Positions 1 to 9,686 of a stretch of 64,000 bases of DNA are shown piece after piece; position 1 is the stretch's first letter, and each line of letters begins with the position of its first letter. The notes under the pieces are model-generated. The model searched no databases and was not told the origin of the DNA. It was given only the letters and a program-made list of their open reading frames with translations. Source of the stretch: a virus; the IMG/VR virus record IMGVR_UViG_3300044639_001193, positions 35,751-99,750 of that record. One strand, written 5' to 3'. The translations under genes and the position numbers were made by a program.

Positions 1-2
1 CT

Positions 3-650
3 CAAGGCACAATTATTGATGCACAAACTTTGGACTACTTTAAAGCACGTACTGGAGATATTTCTGAGTCTGGTTCCCACAGTAAAAAAGATAAAACTAT
101 TCACGGCATTGACCCTATTACTGGAAAAAGCCATAGCCATACAACTAGCCCAAATAAAGTTGGAAAACAAATTAGAGTGAGCAATACAGATGTACTTTTT
201 AAAGAAGTTTCTTCAACGGTTGTAGCAGAAACAAAATCAATTGCTAAAGAACTTTCTGAAGGAATGGCGCACCTTGCTCGTTTCTCTATGCACGCTGAGG
301 GTAATGGGCAAGGCGACCCACGTATGGCTCCGTATAGAACTGTAGAAATAAACGGAACGGGAAGTAACACAGACGGTTTTTGGGTTTTAAAAAAAGTAGA
401 ACATTTAGTTACTTTTGATGGGCGTTACACTGTTGACTTTAAATGCATGACAGATGGGCTTGGTAAAAACAAAGAAGGCGCTTTTCGTAAGACAACAGCC
501 TCAATTGTACCCACACGAGATGTTGCATACGAAATGGCTACAGGCGGAAATCAAGCCCCTTCAACCCCTACAATTAGTTCTAGACAGCCTATGGTGAACG
601 AAACAAGTGGCGGGTTTACAACCAGTACAAAAAGATGGGTAGGTCTCTAA
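3..650 (+). CDS. Tail/baseplate hub-like protein, 5'-truncated
   Basis: Frame is open from base 3; C-terminal G.W....VEH......Y...F motif; lies directly upstream of gp25-like and baseplate J genes. Confidence 0.5.
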   Translation, partial: QGTIIDAQTLDYFKARTGDISESGSHSKKDKTIHGIDPITGKSHSHTTSPNKVGKQIRVSNTDVLFKEVSSTVVAETKSIAKELSEGMAHLARFSMHAEGNGQGDPRMAPYRTVEINGTGSNTDGFWVLKKVEHLVTFDGRYTVDFKCMTDGLGKNKEGAFRKTTASIVPTRDVAYEMATGGNQAPSTPTISSRQPMVNETSGGFTTSTKRWVGL

Positions 651-1051
651 TGGCTGAAGTAGCACTAACGCTTCCATTTACAATAAACGCTTACGGCAGT
701 GTTTCTACAACAACTGAACAAAGTAAAATTTGGTCAGATAGAGTTCGGTTTGTGATTGGTACCAACCTTCATGAAAGAATTTTAGACCCTCAGTTTGGAA
801 CCCTTGTTCCAGAAGCCTTTATGCAAACATCAGATGATGCTGAATCTATGATTATTGCTGAAGTAGAAAGAGCATTTCCAGAACAACTTGAACTCTTAAC
901 CCTTCAAAGTGTTGATGTTTCTTTTGACGAATACACCAGCACTACTAATGTAAACATCATTTACGAACTTCCAAATGGTGAAGTAACCGACACCGTTGTG
1001 GCTGTAACTTCTATTGGCGGAAACAACATATCAGTACAGGAGATATTATGA
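650..1051 (+). CDS. Baseplate wedge protein, gp25/GpW-like
   Basis: LPF...G start and GTNLHERILDPQFGT (gp25-type ER...P.FG); TAATG coupling places the start at 650. Confidence 0.8.
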   Translation: MAEVALTLPFTINAYGSVSTTTEQSKIWSDRVRFVIGTNLHERILDPQFGTLVPEAFMQTSDDAESMIIAEVERAFPEQLELLTLQSVDVSFDEYTSTTNVNIIYELPNGEVTDTVVAVTSIGGNNISVQEIL

Positions 1052-2607
1052 GCATAGTTGCTCCAAGCGATACACCCGTTCCACTAGACTATACAAGTCG
1101 TGATTACTACTCCATTCGTGAGCAGTTAATCAAACGTATTCAAGACCGCATACCTGATTGGGCTGCATCAGACCCAGCAGACTTTGGTGTGGCTCTTGTA
1201 GAGGCTTTTGCATATATGGGCGATTTAATGTCTTACTATATTGACCGCAACGTAAACGAATCATTTATTGCAACTGCAACACAACGAGATAGCGTTGTAA
1301 ACATTGCTCAGGCTTATGGGTACATTCCAACAGGATACCGTCAAGCATTTGTAACTTTAACTTTTACAAACTCTTCTGCAACCGATGTTATAACAATTCC
1401 TGCAGGTACAGTAATTAATGGAGATGTAATCAGTGGCGATACTGTAAACACCGTTTACTTCACAACTGATGCCGAGTTAACTTTAGACCCAGACGTTGAC
1501 AATGGTATTGGGACAATGACTGCACGAGAAGGTCGCAGTGTTACTTTAGTTGCTCCCGACTACACAAACATTTATGGAGAACTAGTTGGAACTTCTGATG
1601 GCACACCTAACCAAACTTTTGCTTTAGGAGAATCTCCAGCAGTAGATGGTTCTTTAAGCGTATATGTACAAGGCGGTCCTGAGTACTCTAAGTGGCGCCA
1701 AGTTCAACACTTAATTGACGCTAATCCTTTTGACCAGGTGTTTTCCGTAACTAGCGATGCCAACGATTTACTGTACGTAAATTTTGGTGACGGCGTATCT
1801 GGAGCAATTCCAGTTAATTTTTCTGCAGTTCGTGTGCTTTACACGGTTGGTGGAGGAACTATTGGAAATGTAACTACTGGTCTGCTTACAAACATTGATT
1901 ATGTACCAGGCCTTTCTACAAACGACGTTATTGCGTTACAGTCTCTTGTAACTGTTACAAACGATGAAGTTGCACTTGGCGGCGCTGACCCAGAAACTTT
2001 GTCTCAAATCCGTTATGCAGCGCCGTTAACTCTCCGTGCAAACACACGTGCTATTTCTCTTGAGGACTTTAACAGCCTTGCATTAAACGTAACAAACTGC
2101 GGTAAAGCAAACGCAACTGCAGACCTTTGGACATCCGTAACTTTGTATGTAGCACCTTCGCGTAACTCTGGTGATTCTGATTTACAACCTGGCCTTGATG
2201 AGGCCCAAGACCCAACAAGCGAGTATACAACCCTTGCTGAAGATGTATATGATTACGTTTTTCCTCGTACTTTGATTGGGTCTAGTTTGACCATTCAACC
2301 ACCAACTTATGTAGACGTTGTTTTGACTGTTCAATATGCAAAACTTCCTCAATACACTGAAACTGAAGTTGAGGCTTCAATTAAATCAGTTTTAGTAAAC
2401 GACTATGGTTATGTAAACAACACTTTTCAACAGACTATTTACGTACAAGACATTGAAACCACGCTCAACAACAGAGTTACTGGAATTAAGATTTCAAAAC
2501 TAGCAGCACTTTATCGTGCAGGCGGTAGTGGGTTAAACACTCTTGTAGGAGCAGCGGATGAAATTTTCCGAATTAAAGAAGAAAATATCACCATTGGACT
2601 TATTTAA
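1048..2607 (+). CDS. Baseplate J-like wedge protein
   Basis: DYTSRDY, D.GVALVEAFAYMGD, FGDGVSG, GGADPET...IR..AP, RAIS.EDF motifs. Confidence 0.9.
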   Translation: MSIVAPSDTPVPLDYTSRDYYSIREQLIKRIQDRIPDWAASDPADFGVALVEAFAYMGDLMSYYIDRNVNESFIATATQRDSVVNIAQAYGYIPTGYRQAFVTLTFTNSSATDVITIPAGTVINGDVISGDTVNTVYFTTDAELTLDPDVDNGIGTMTAREGRSVTLVAPDYTNIYGELVGTSDGTPNQTFALGESPAVDGSLSVYVQGGPEYSKWRQVQHLIDANPFDQVFSVTSDANDLLYVNFGDGVSGAIPVNFSAVRVLYTVGGGTIGNVTTGLLTNIDYVPGLSTNDVIALQSLVTVTNDEVALGGADPETLSQIRYAAPLTLRANTRAISLEDFNSLALNVTNCGKANATADLWTSVTLYVAPSRNSGDSDLQPGLDEAQDPTSEYTTLAEDVYDYVFPRTLIGSSLTIQPPTYVDVVLTVQYAKLPQYTETEVEASIKSVLVNDYGYVNNTFQQTIYVQDIETTLNNRVTGIKISKLAALYRAGGSGLNTLVGAADEIFRIKEENITIGLI

Positions 2608-2609
2608 AG

Positions 2610-3086
2610 ATGGCAAAAGAAAGACAACAATTTTCTGGCGTTTATAGAGGAACTATTGTAAACAATAGAGACCCTAAAAAACAGCGTCGGTTACAAGTAG
2701 AAGTCACAACTTCAGTAGGGCATTACACCGACTGGGTTTGGCCTATGGAGCCTGCCAACATAAGCACTGAAGTACCTGAAATTGGTCAAGGTGTTTGGAT
2801 TCATTTCCAAGCAGCAGACCATGAGTATCCAGTATGGTTTGGCGCCTTTGGTAAACACCAAGGAAAAAGCAAAAAACTTTATGTTAAAGCGCTTGCGGAT
2901 TCCGTAAATATTTCTACAGTAACAACTTATTTAAAAACAATTCAACAACCAGACGGAACTACCGAAGTAGATTTGATGGCAACTCTAGTTGCTATGGCAA
3001 ACTCTTTAAAAAATTATGAAACCAGAATTGCCTCTTTAGAGACCCAAATTACTCAAAAAGCAAGCACTAGCCATAGCCATCCATGA
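2610..3086 (+). CDS. Gp5/VgrG OB-fold baseplate spike-like protein
   Basis: YRGTIVNNRDP..RRLQV, PEIGQGVWI.F...D.EYPVW.G; ends in HSH. Confidence 0.8.
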   Translation: MAKERQQFSGVYRGTIVNNRDPKKQRRLQVEVTTSVGHYTDWVWPMEPANISTEVPEIGQGVWIHFQAADHEYPVWFGAFGKHQGKSKKLYVKALADSVNISTVTTYLKTIQQPDGTTEVDLMATLVAMANSLKNYETRIASLETQITQKASTSHSHP

Positions 3087-3149
3087 CTTTAGCCAGTAAA
3101 TAAATGACAAAGACGAGAAAATACAAACAGATATTGAGAGGATAACCTA

Positions 3150-3698
3150 GTGCCAACATCACCCCTGTACCCAGGTGCCGTACGCAATTTTGGGTCTGAC
3201 GTTGTTAACTTCACTGACACCATCCTTGCCGAGCACGTTAACTTTTTACGTGCTGAAGTTAACTCTATTGAAACAGTGCTTGGTACTTACTTAACCCTTA
3301 GTTCTGGTTGGAGTGGCTCGTTTACCCGTCCTAACATTTCTTACACTTGGGACAGTCTTAAGGACCGTCTTGCAAATATTGAGTATGGGTTAAACACTGC
3401 TTACTCAGCAAGAACTCCTATCGGGGGTAGCACGGGTCAAGTGTTAGTAAAATCTTCAAGTACCGATTACGACTTTGCTTGGACAACGTTTACTGGCCTT
3501 CCTTCACAGTCTACTAACACTGGAAAGTTTTTAACAACAGACGGCAGTTCTGCTTCTTGGGCATCTATTAGCCAAGTCCCAACTCAAACTGGTGAAAGTG
3601 GAAAATATTTAACTACAAATGGAACTAATGCTTCTTGGGCAACTGTTGAAGCATCTGGTGGCGCAAATGAATTTGTCCTAATGATGATGGGCGCATAA
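3150..3698 (+). CDS. Tail fibre-like structural protein
   Basis: GG.TGQVL.K.S..DYD..W and two GK(F/Y)LTT(D/N)G...SWA repeats. Confidence 0.6.
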   Translation: MPTSPLYPGAVRNFGSDVVNFTDTILAEHVNFLRAEVNSIETVLGTYLTLSSGWSGSFTRPNISYTWDSLKDRLANIEYGLNTAYSARTPIGGSTGQVLVKSSSTDYDFAWTTFTGLPSQSTNTGKFLTTDGSSASWASISQVPTQTGESGKYLTTNGTNASWATVEASGGANEFVLMMMGA

Positions 3699-3711
3699 AG
3701 AAGGGCACTAA

Positions 3712-5661
3712 ATGTCAAAGTACGGCTATTCCGTATATGGGTACTCTAAATACGGTATAACACCAAAGTTGGCTTACTCAGTTGAGCCAATGGATGTCAA
3801 CGTGATTAAATTTCACGAAGTGTACGTTTCTTGGCAATTGCCAACAGGTGATTTTACTCGTTTTCGTGTAGTTCGTAATCAAAATGCATACCCAGAAACA
3901 GCAGAAGATGGAATAATTATTTATGAATTACTTTCTACAGATGGTGAAAGCCTTGAAGGTAATTCAACTTTAAGGTATGACTTTTACGATGGTTCAGATA
4001 ATCCTACACAACCAAGTATTGCTCCAGGACGCAATATTTTTTATCGTGTTTTTTTGTATACCTCAGATAATGTTTGGGTTAAAGCAGGGCAAATAAGCGA
4101 AGTAGTACCAGAAGATACTGGTGCAATTACAAAAATGATGGATTTATTACCGCGTGTGTTGACCAGTTCAGTGCTAAGTCCTTTGGGCGTTATACAAGAA
4201 GACTCAGAGTTATATCAATTTTTAGACGGCCTTGCTTTTTCGTATGAACAAATGATGACTGAAATTAAACTAGCACGTCCTGCACATAACTTAGAAAACT
4301 CCAACTACAAAACAATTCCTGGAGAAGTGCTTAACTTAGGTTTAACCTCAGAAGCAAACATGCCAATGATTCGTCAACGTGCTTTGATACGTGAAGCAAT
4401 TGGACTATATTCAAATAAAGGAACTGCTTTAGGCGTAGAAAATTACTCTGAAGCACTTACGGGATTTGCTCCCACAGTAACTACTTCTCCTAATTTGATG
4501 CTTTCAATTCAAGACTCTACGTTTTACGAAAGCACGGGACGTTGGGTTGCGGTTAACGCCACAATTTCATCATCTGATGAGATGGTTCCAAACAACGTTA
4601 ACAAATCTATTGATTTGGTTTATACACTAAAAATTATAGCAGCCACTACTAGCGCCAGCATTTCTTTAGGTCTTGACGACCCAATAACTCAAGGGATTCC
4701 AGTTCAACCAAGTACTGAATACGTGTACAAAACAAACATAAAATGCCCAGCAAGTGGTAACGCTACTTTAAAAATAGAGTATTACGATAAAAATGGAACT
4801 GTAATATCAAATATTACTCAAGCAATTTCTGCAACAAATTCTTGGCAAACAATTAGTAAAACTGCTACTTCTCCAAGTAATGCTTCTTACGTTGTGTTGT
4901 ATGTTTTATTTAGTACAGCAACTACGTATTATGTAGACATGATTTATGTAGGGTCTACACCATTTGTTGAATACGATGAGGCACGTGCAACGACAATTCA
5001 ACTGGCACCAACTTATGAGAATTACGTAGAGAACCCATCGTTTGAGGTAGATGCTAGTAATTGGACTCTTACGGGGTTAACTTTTACTCAAGATGCTGAT
5101 GTTCCGTTAGTAGGTTATCCAGGTTCATTTAGCGGAAAATTTGTTGCTGCTGGTGCTTGGACATTAGAGTGTGATTCAATTTTTCCTGTAGAAACAGGTA
5201 TTTACTTTAACGTTTCTCACTACATAAAATCAGCAAATATGACGACTATGGATGTAACTATAGAACTATACGATGCCGATGATGAACTTGTAGACACTGC
5301 AGTTAGTTCTCATGACGTAACCAATACGTGGGAAAGAAGTTATACTTCTATCCTTATCCCACCTGAGTCAACAGCGGTTTACGCAAAGGCTCGCCATGAA
5401 GGAACTGCTGGAACTTTCTACTTAGACATGGTTATGGCACAAGATACTTATGCCCCAAGTGATTACTTTGACGGTTCTATGCCAGAACTAGTAGGAGCAA
5501 TTTGGGAAGGCACCGCAAATGCCTCAACAAGCCTTTACTACCCAAATAAATCTACTAAGATTTTACGCCTTGCCCAGACACTAAATGACTGGATGCCAAT
5601 GAACTCTTGGTGGAGAATTACTACTCCTGCTGGATTGGAATATACCAACTTAGACGTGTAG
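3712..5661 (+). CDS. Baseplate/tail protein with carbohydrate-binding-like domains
   Basis: LP..../L.QFL/Y..KGT..G core like tail protein I; two jelly-roll-like repeats (NPSFE..W; YVDM/YLDM). Confidence 0.65.
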   Translation: MSKYGYSVYGYSKYGITPKLAYSVEPMDVNVIKFHEVYVSWQLPTGDFTRFRVVRNQNAYPETAEDGIIIYELLSTDGESLEGNSTLRYDFYDGSDNPTQPSIAPGRNIFYRVFLYTSDNVWVKAGQISEVVPEDTGAITKMMDLLPRVLTSSVLSPLGVIQEDSELYQFLDGLAFSYEQMMTEIKLARPAHNLENSNYKTIPGEVLNLGLTSEANMPMIRQRALIREAIGLYSNKGTALGVENYSEALTGFAPTVTTSPNLMLSIQDSTFYESTGRWVAVNATISSSDEMVPNNVNKSIDLVYTLKIIAATTSASISLGLDDPITQGIPVQPSTEYVYKTNIKCPASGNATLKIEYYDKNGTVISNITQAISATNSWQTISKTATSPSNASYVVLYVLFSTATTYYVDMIYVGSTPFVEYDEARATTIQLAPTYENYVENPSFEVDASNWTLTGLTFTQDADVPLVGYPGSFSGKFVAAGAWTLECDSIFPVETGIYFNVSHYIKSANMTTMDVTIELYDADDELVDTAVSSHDVTNTWERSYTSILIPPESTAVYAKARHEGTAGTFYLDMVMAQDTYAPSDYFDGSMPELVGAIWEGTANASTSLYYPNKSTKILRLAQTLNDWMPMNSWWRITTPAGLEYTNLDV

Positions 5662-5671
5662 GCTCTGCCGT

Positions 5672-5941
5672 ATGGCTGACCTATTTATATCAATAATCCT
5701 TGCAGGATTTGCTGTTACATTCGTTGTAGAACTACTGTCTTTAGTTACTTCGTGGTTCTTTCAAAAAGAAACGCTATATGCGGTTCTATCGCTTCCGCTT
5801 TCATTTGGAGCAATGTATGTGATGTACGACATTACTGATTACTTTTTTGTAACAGTACCAGCAACTGCTTTTATAGCGTTGATTCTTAAAAAGTATTTGA
5901 ACACAAAGACAGTGACTAGCACTCGGTTAAACCGTTTATGA
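5672..5941 (+). CDS. Small membrane protein (3 hydrophobic segments)
   Basis: Hydrophobic helices; TAGGCT 7 nt before ATG. Confidence 0.6.
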   Translation: MADLFISIILAGFAVTFVVELLSLVTSWFFQKETLYAVLSLPLSFGAMYVMYDITDYFFVTVPATAFIALILKKYLNTKTVTSTRLNRL

Positions 5942-6507
5942 AAATTGCTATCTTTTCAGAACTTGATAAAGACGCACATGAAGGCGCACTTCAATTACTC
6001 ACGAGGTATGCTAACAAGTCGCCCGAAGTTATTTTTCCAGTATCGGAAGATAATCAACAGTTTGCAACCTCTGTAGGAAACCTCTGTAAGCAACTAGGCA
6101 TAAGAACCACTGCTTACTGTAGTCACGAGTTCTTGCTGGCTGATGAGATTGAGTACGCCGATGACGAGGTAGTTGCTGTATTGCACCAGTTGGAAAAGGG
6201 TGATGCCATCGGCATACTCTGGCGAGATAGCGAGTACGACCATTTCGTACTTCACAGTGTTGAAGACCTTGCCCTAGACGTTTGGGATATCACCAAGGGT
6301 CTATCTGCCATTGAGCACGCAAGCCTAGGTCCACTAGACCCAGATGCGTTGCGAGATGCCATGATGGATTCCTTTGAGGACTTTGTGGACTTGATGGCTA
6401 CCTATGTCGCTGCTACAGTCCTGAGTTCTATCACGCAAGCCGTAGAGGAGAACATCCGCGATATGGTTGACAAGAAAGATATTTCACCATTTGATGAAGA
6501 ACAGTAA
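5938..6507 (+). CDS. Hypothetical acidic protein
   Basis: 189-aa ORF with ATGA overlap. Confidence 0.6.
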   Translation: MKIAIFSELDKDAHEGALQLLTRYANKSPEVIFPVSEDNQQFATSVGNLCKQLGIRTTAYCSHEFLLADEIEYADDEVVAVLHQLEKGDAIGILWRDSEYDHFVLHSVEDLALDVWDITKGLSAIEHASLGPLDPDALRDAMMDSFEDFVDLMATYVAATVLSSITQAVEENIRDMVDKKDISPFDEEQ

Positions 6508-7489
6508 AGCCGTGAACATCCCCTTAGAAGCCTATTCTGCTGAGATAACCGATTTTCAGTTCAGGCTACTAGCGGTTTTATGCCGTTTAGCGGGGCCTGG
6601 AGGCCTATTACAGACCTCCGTAGCCGAGTTGTGTGTAGCGACTAACAAAAAGAGCGACAAGACGGTCCGTACGGCCTTACAAGGCTTAGAGACGGCTGGA
6701 CTTATCTACACCGAAGCCACCAAACGAGCCAACGGTTACCAGGGAAAGAAAATGATATTGGTAAAAAATTACCGTCTTGTGGATAACCCACCAGAGCAAA
6801 CGGTAAAGAATTACCGCACCTCACATGACTACGTGACTAATAGTTACAATAGCCAAATAGTAGATAAGCCATTAGTACCTAATAGCCAAGATAGTTATAA
6901 ATTAAAAGAATCTGCAAACACGAAACGTGTTTCCACAAAGGAGATTGCTATGCCTATGAAACAATACGACGATGGAGAAGATTTGGCAGGCTTTGGACTT
7001 GTGGAACCGACAGACCCACCAGCGGTCAGGGTTCGCAAAAGCGACCCCAAAACGCGGGGCAAGAGGCCGCAGCATGAGTGGACGTCTATGGACATCGCTG
7101 CTGAGTTTAGTTACCAAGTCGGGCGCCGATATCCTCTTTTACCAGGCACGGTCAACGTCGCCAAACTTGCAGGAGCCTTGCGAAAGTTCCGAGGCCAGTA
7201 CAACACCTCAGCGTTAATTGAACTTGAGTTGCTTCGTCTGTTCATGGCAGATGAACGTAACTTTAAAGATATCGGGGACGAAGCGCCTCACCTGTACAAG
7301 AAGTTCCTAGCATCCTTTGGCAAGAAGATGAACCAAGCCAGAGAGAACCTTGGGTTGAGCAAAGTAACAGCCAAGGTAGACACCACCCCAACCTCTGGTA
7401 CGCTACTTGCCAGTGACGGGCGTGCATTCCAGAATTCATTATCTGGTCGTGCACAACTAGAGCGATACGAAAAACGATTGAAGGGTTAA
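6467..7489 (+). CDS. Winged-helix replication initiator-like protein (probable start GTG 6512)
   Basis: N-terminal wHTH (SVAELCVAT..SDKTVRTALQGLE.AGLI); internal repeats; upstream of a DnaC-like gene. Confidence 0.65.
   Translation: MTRKIFHHLMKNSKAVNIPLEAYSAEITDFQFRLLAVLCRLAGPGGLLQTSVAELCVATNKKSDKTVRTALQGLETAGLIYTEATKRANGYQGKKMILVKNYRLVDNPPEQTVKNYRTSHDYVTNSYNSQIVDKPLVPNSQDSYKLKESANTKRVSTKEIAMPMKQYDDGEDLAGFGLVEPTDPPAVRVRKSDPKTRGKRPQHEWTSMDIAAEFSYQVGRRYPLLPGTVNVAKLAGALRKFRGQYNTSALIELELLRLFMADERNFKDIGDEAPHLYKKFLASFGKKMNQARENLGLSKVTAKVDTTPTSGTLLASDGRAFQNSLSGRAQLERYEKRLKG
6760..6910. other. Putative replication origin inside the initiator gene
   Basis: GGTAAA(A/G)AATTACCG at 6760 and 6802; DnaA box TGTGGATAA at 6778-6786; AT-rich tract follows. 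Confidence 0.5.
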
Positions 7490-7492
7490 CAC

Positions 7493-7798
7493 ATGGCTAA
7501 GAAAACAAGCAAGACGTTCACTGCAACTCTTGAACTGAATCCAGAAAAAGCAGGTGCATGGATGGCAACTGTTTTTGTAACGTACCTTGATACAACAGAT
7601 ACCTTGAACTCAATTCCAAACACAATCGGTGTTAGTGAACAGAGTGCATGGAAAAATGCATCTGCTGCAAAGCGTTGGATTAAAGTAAAGGTTCAAGAAC
7701 TAACACCACGTAAGTCAGTAAAAATGACTGCAACAAAGTTTGATAAAATTACAGAGAAGCCAAGTTCTTTCTCTGGCGTACTTGAATACAAGGAGTAA
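7493..7798 (+). CDS. Hypothetical protein
   Basis: 101-aa ORF in operon. Confidence 0.65.
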   Translation: MAKKTSKTFTATLELNPEKAGAWMATVFVTYLDTTDTLNSIPNTIGVSEQSAWKNASAAKRWIKVKVQELTPRKSVKMTATKFDKITEKPSSFSGVLEYKE

Positions 7799-7959
7799 AA
7801 ATGTTTCCAGGAGAACACCTACTAAAAGAAAAAGAAACTGCATTGCCAAATCTAATGAAGGATGCTGATTTTCTAGAGTACCTAGAAGAGAACTCAGTAC
7901 CAGAAGAAGAGACACAAATCGCGTTTGCTGCTTGGTTAAAAGAAAACCAACAGTAACAA

Positions 7960-8121
7960 ATGGGGTACAGCAGCGAGGAAATAGAGGAGGCGCTGATGAA
8001 CCTTTTTAATCTAGGAATTGTTTCAGTAGATTACGATGAGAACTTGGAAGCAAGATTCTCAGTCAAAGATGATGCAAAGTTTGAAAATGCAATAAAGAAA
8101 GTGAGGGACAACGATGTATGA
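7960..8121 (+). CDS. Small acidic hypothetical protein (53 aa, not in ORF track)
   Basis: MGYSSEEIEEALMNLFNLGIV...; overlaps the next start. Confidence 0.5.
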   Translation: MGYSSEEIEEALMNLFNLGIVSVDYDENLEARFSVKDDAKFENAIKKVRDNDV

Positions 8122-8836
8122 CGTCAACACTCTCTCGCCACTTAAGAAGCATTGGTTACTTCGTACATCAAATATTCCACGACGTTTCCTAGGATTAGAA
8201 CCAAGCGACATTATTGACCGTGTTGGTTCTTTTCCTATGGAAGTCAGTGGTTGGGTTGATGACGTTGCCCATAAGCAGGTTATTAAGCAGATTGGGCACA
8301 TCGGTATCAACGGTGTCGGTCTTGTCTTTGATGGCGGCCCAGGGCTAGGCAAAACAACACATGCCGTAGTTGCTGCTATGGAAGTTATTCGCAACATGCC
8401 AGAGAACGAACTTGTAGCAGCAGATTTGATGGGTCTAAAGCAAAGTGATTACGGACTGAGTTTTCGTCCCGTTTATTACATGACCTATCCAGAGTTTCTT
8501 TCTCGTAAGAAGTCATCTTTTGATGCAGACGTCGCAGACAAGCGAGAGATGATGTACGAGTTAGATGGCTTCCATGGTCGTTCTAAGTTTGACTGGTTAA
8601 ACGTAAGAGTACTTATTCTTGACGATTTAGGTAAAGAATACGGTTCTAAGTATGACGATACTTCTTTTGATGAAATTCTAAGACTTCGTTATGACAAAGG
8701 ATTACCAACAATTGTTACTACGAATGTACGTTTAGAAAATTGGGAAGCACAATATGGAGAAGCAATGGCGAGTTTCGCCAACGAAGCATTCATTAGAGTC
8801 CCTATCATTGGTTCAGACCTTAGAGGCGCCCAATGA
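8114..8836 (+). CDS. DnaC/IstB-like helicase loader ATPase
   Basis: Walker A GGPGLGKT, Walker B LILDDLGKE, R.RY...LPTIVTTN. Confidence 0.9.
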   Translation: MYDVNTLSPLKKHWLLRTSNIPRRFLGLEPSDIIDRVGSFPMEVSGWVDDVAHKQVIKQIGHIGINGVGLVFDGGPGLGKTTHAVVAAMEVIRNMPENELVAADLMGLKQSDYGLSFRPVYYMTYPEFLSRKKSSFDADVADKREMMYELDGFHGRSKFDWLNVRVLILDDLGKEYGSKYDDTSFDEILRLRYDKGLPTIVTTNVRLENWEAQYGEAMASFANEAFIRVPIIGSDLRGAQ

Positions 8837-9138
8837 AAGGACCTTCAATGAGTACTCAGTGGAGAACTGTGCAGCAGTTTATCTCTGCACAAGGTGCTGG
8901 TATTTTTGAAGTTGAGTTGGATACAGAAACAAAAGAAACACGTTGTAACTGTCCAGTGTGGGAAAAAAAGAAGTTGTGTAAACATGTAGCCTTTGTGAAT
9001 ACACGGATACAAACACGAGGTCATTACTCAATCACGGTACCGATTGAAGTTCCAGAAGAACTGGCAATTGAAGCAAACGAAAACCCTGATTCATTTAGAG
9101 AGTTCGTAGTTAACTACGCAAAAATAGAGGTGCTATGA
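8833..9138 (+). CDS. SWIM zinc-finger protein
   Basis: CNCP.......CKHV. Confidence 0.75.
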   Translation: MKGPSMSTQWRTVQQFISAQGAGIFEVELDTETKETRCNCPVWEKKKLCKHVAFVNTRIQTRGHYSITVPIEVPEELAIEANENPDSFREFVVNYAKIEVL

Positions 9139-9551
9139 GAGGCGGAGACATCTCCAATGTCTCATCTCCTCAGTGTATTGCTACAGCAACGCTTGTTATA
9201 AAACTAGTAGAAGAAGAAACACGTAAGTTCTTAAGCAAGCAAGTGGGATACAAACTGGGCGAGATTGATATGCTGGCTGCAAACAAACTGTGGAGCATCT
9301 CTAACCAGTACGGGTTGTCTTTAGAACTTGCTGGATTTGCGGACGAGGGTTGGACAGAAGAACTCCTTGACAAAGCATTTGAGAAATTAGAGCGTAGGGT
9401 TGTCAACCCTTTTAACTATCACCAGTTGTATGAGAGCGTAGACGAGTTAGTCGGTACGCTCCCCTACCGTCCAAACCTAAAGGCTGTGGTTGATGTCTCT
9501 AACAGAGTTGCGCGATATGGCTCTGCTGGTGTACAAATAGACAATATCTAG
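9135..9551 (+). CDS. Hypothetical protein
   Basis: 138-aa ORF with ATGA coupling. Confidence 0.6.
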   Translation: MRGGDISNVSSPQCIATATLVIKLVEEETRKFLSKQVGYKLGEIDMLAANKLWSISNQYGLSLELAGFADEGWTEELLDKAFEKLERRVVNPFNYHQLYESVDELVGTLPYRPNLKAVVDVSNRVARYGSAGVQIDNI

Positions 9552-9569
9552 TCCTTGAGGGAGGGCGCT

Positions 9570-9686
9570 ATGTTCGGTATCGCAAATACAAACTGTCCGA
9601 TGTGTCATGCAAACACTATTGCACGAATCTACGTAAACGGTAACTCTTATCTGCAGTGTCAAGAATGCGGGGAACGGTGGAAGTAA
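9570..9686 (+). CDS. Zinc-ribbon microprotein (38 aa)
   Basis: CPMC...CQECGERW; GAGGGAGG RBS; abuts dnaB. Confidence 0.6.
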   Translation: MFGIANTNCPMCHANTIARIYVNGNSYLQCQECGERWK

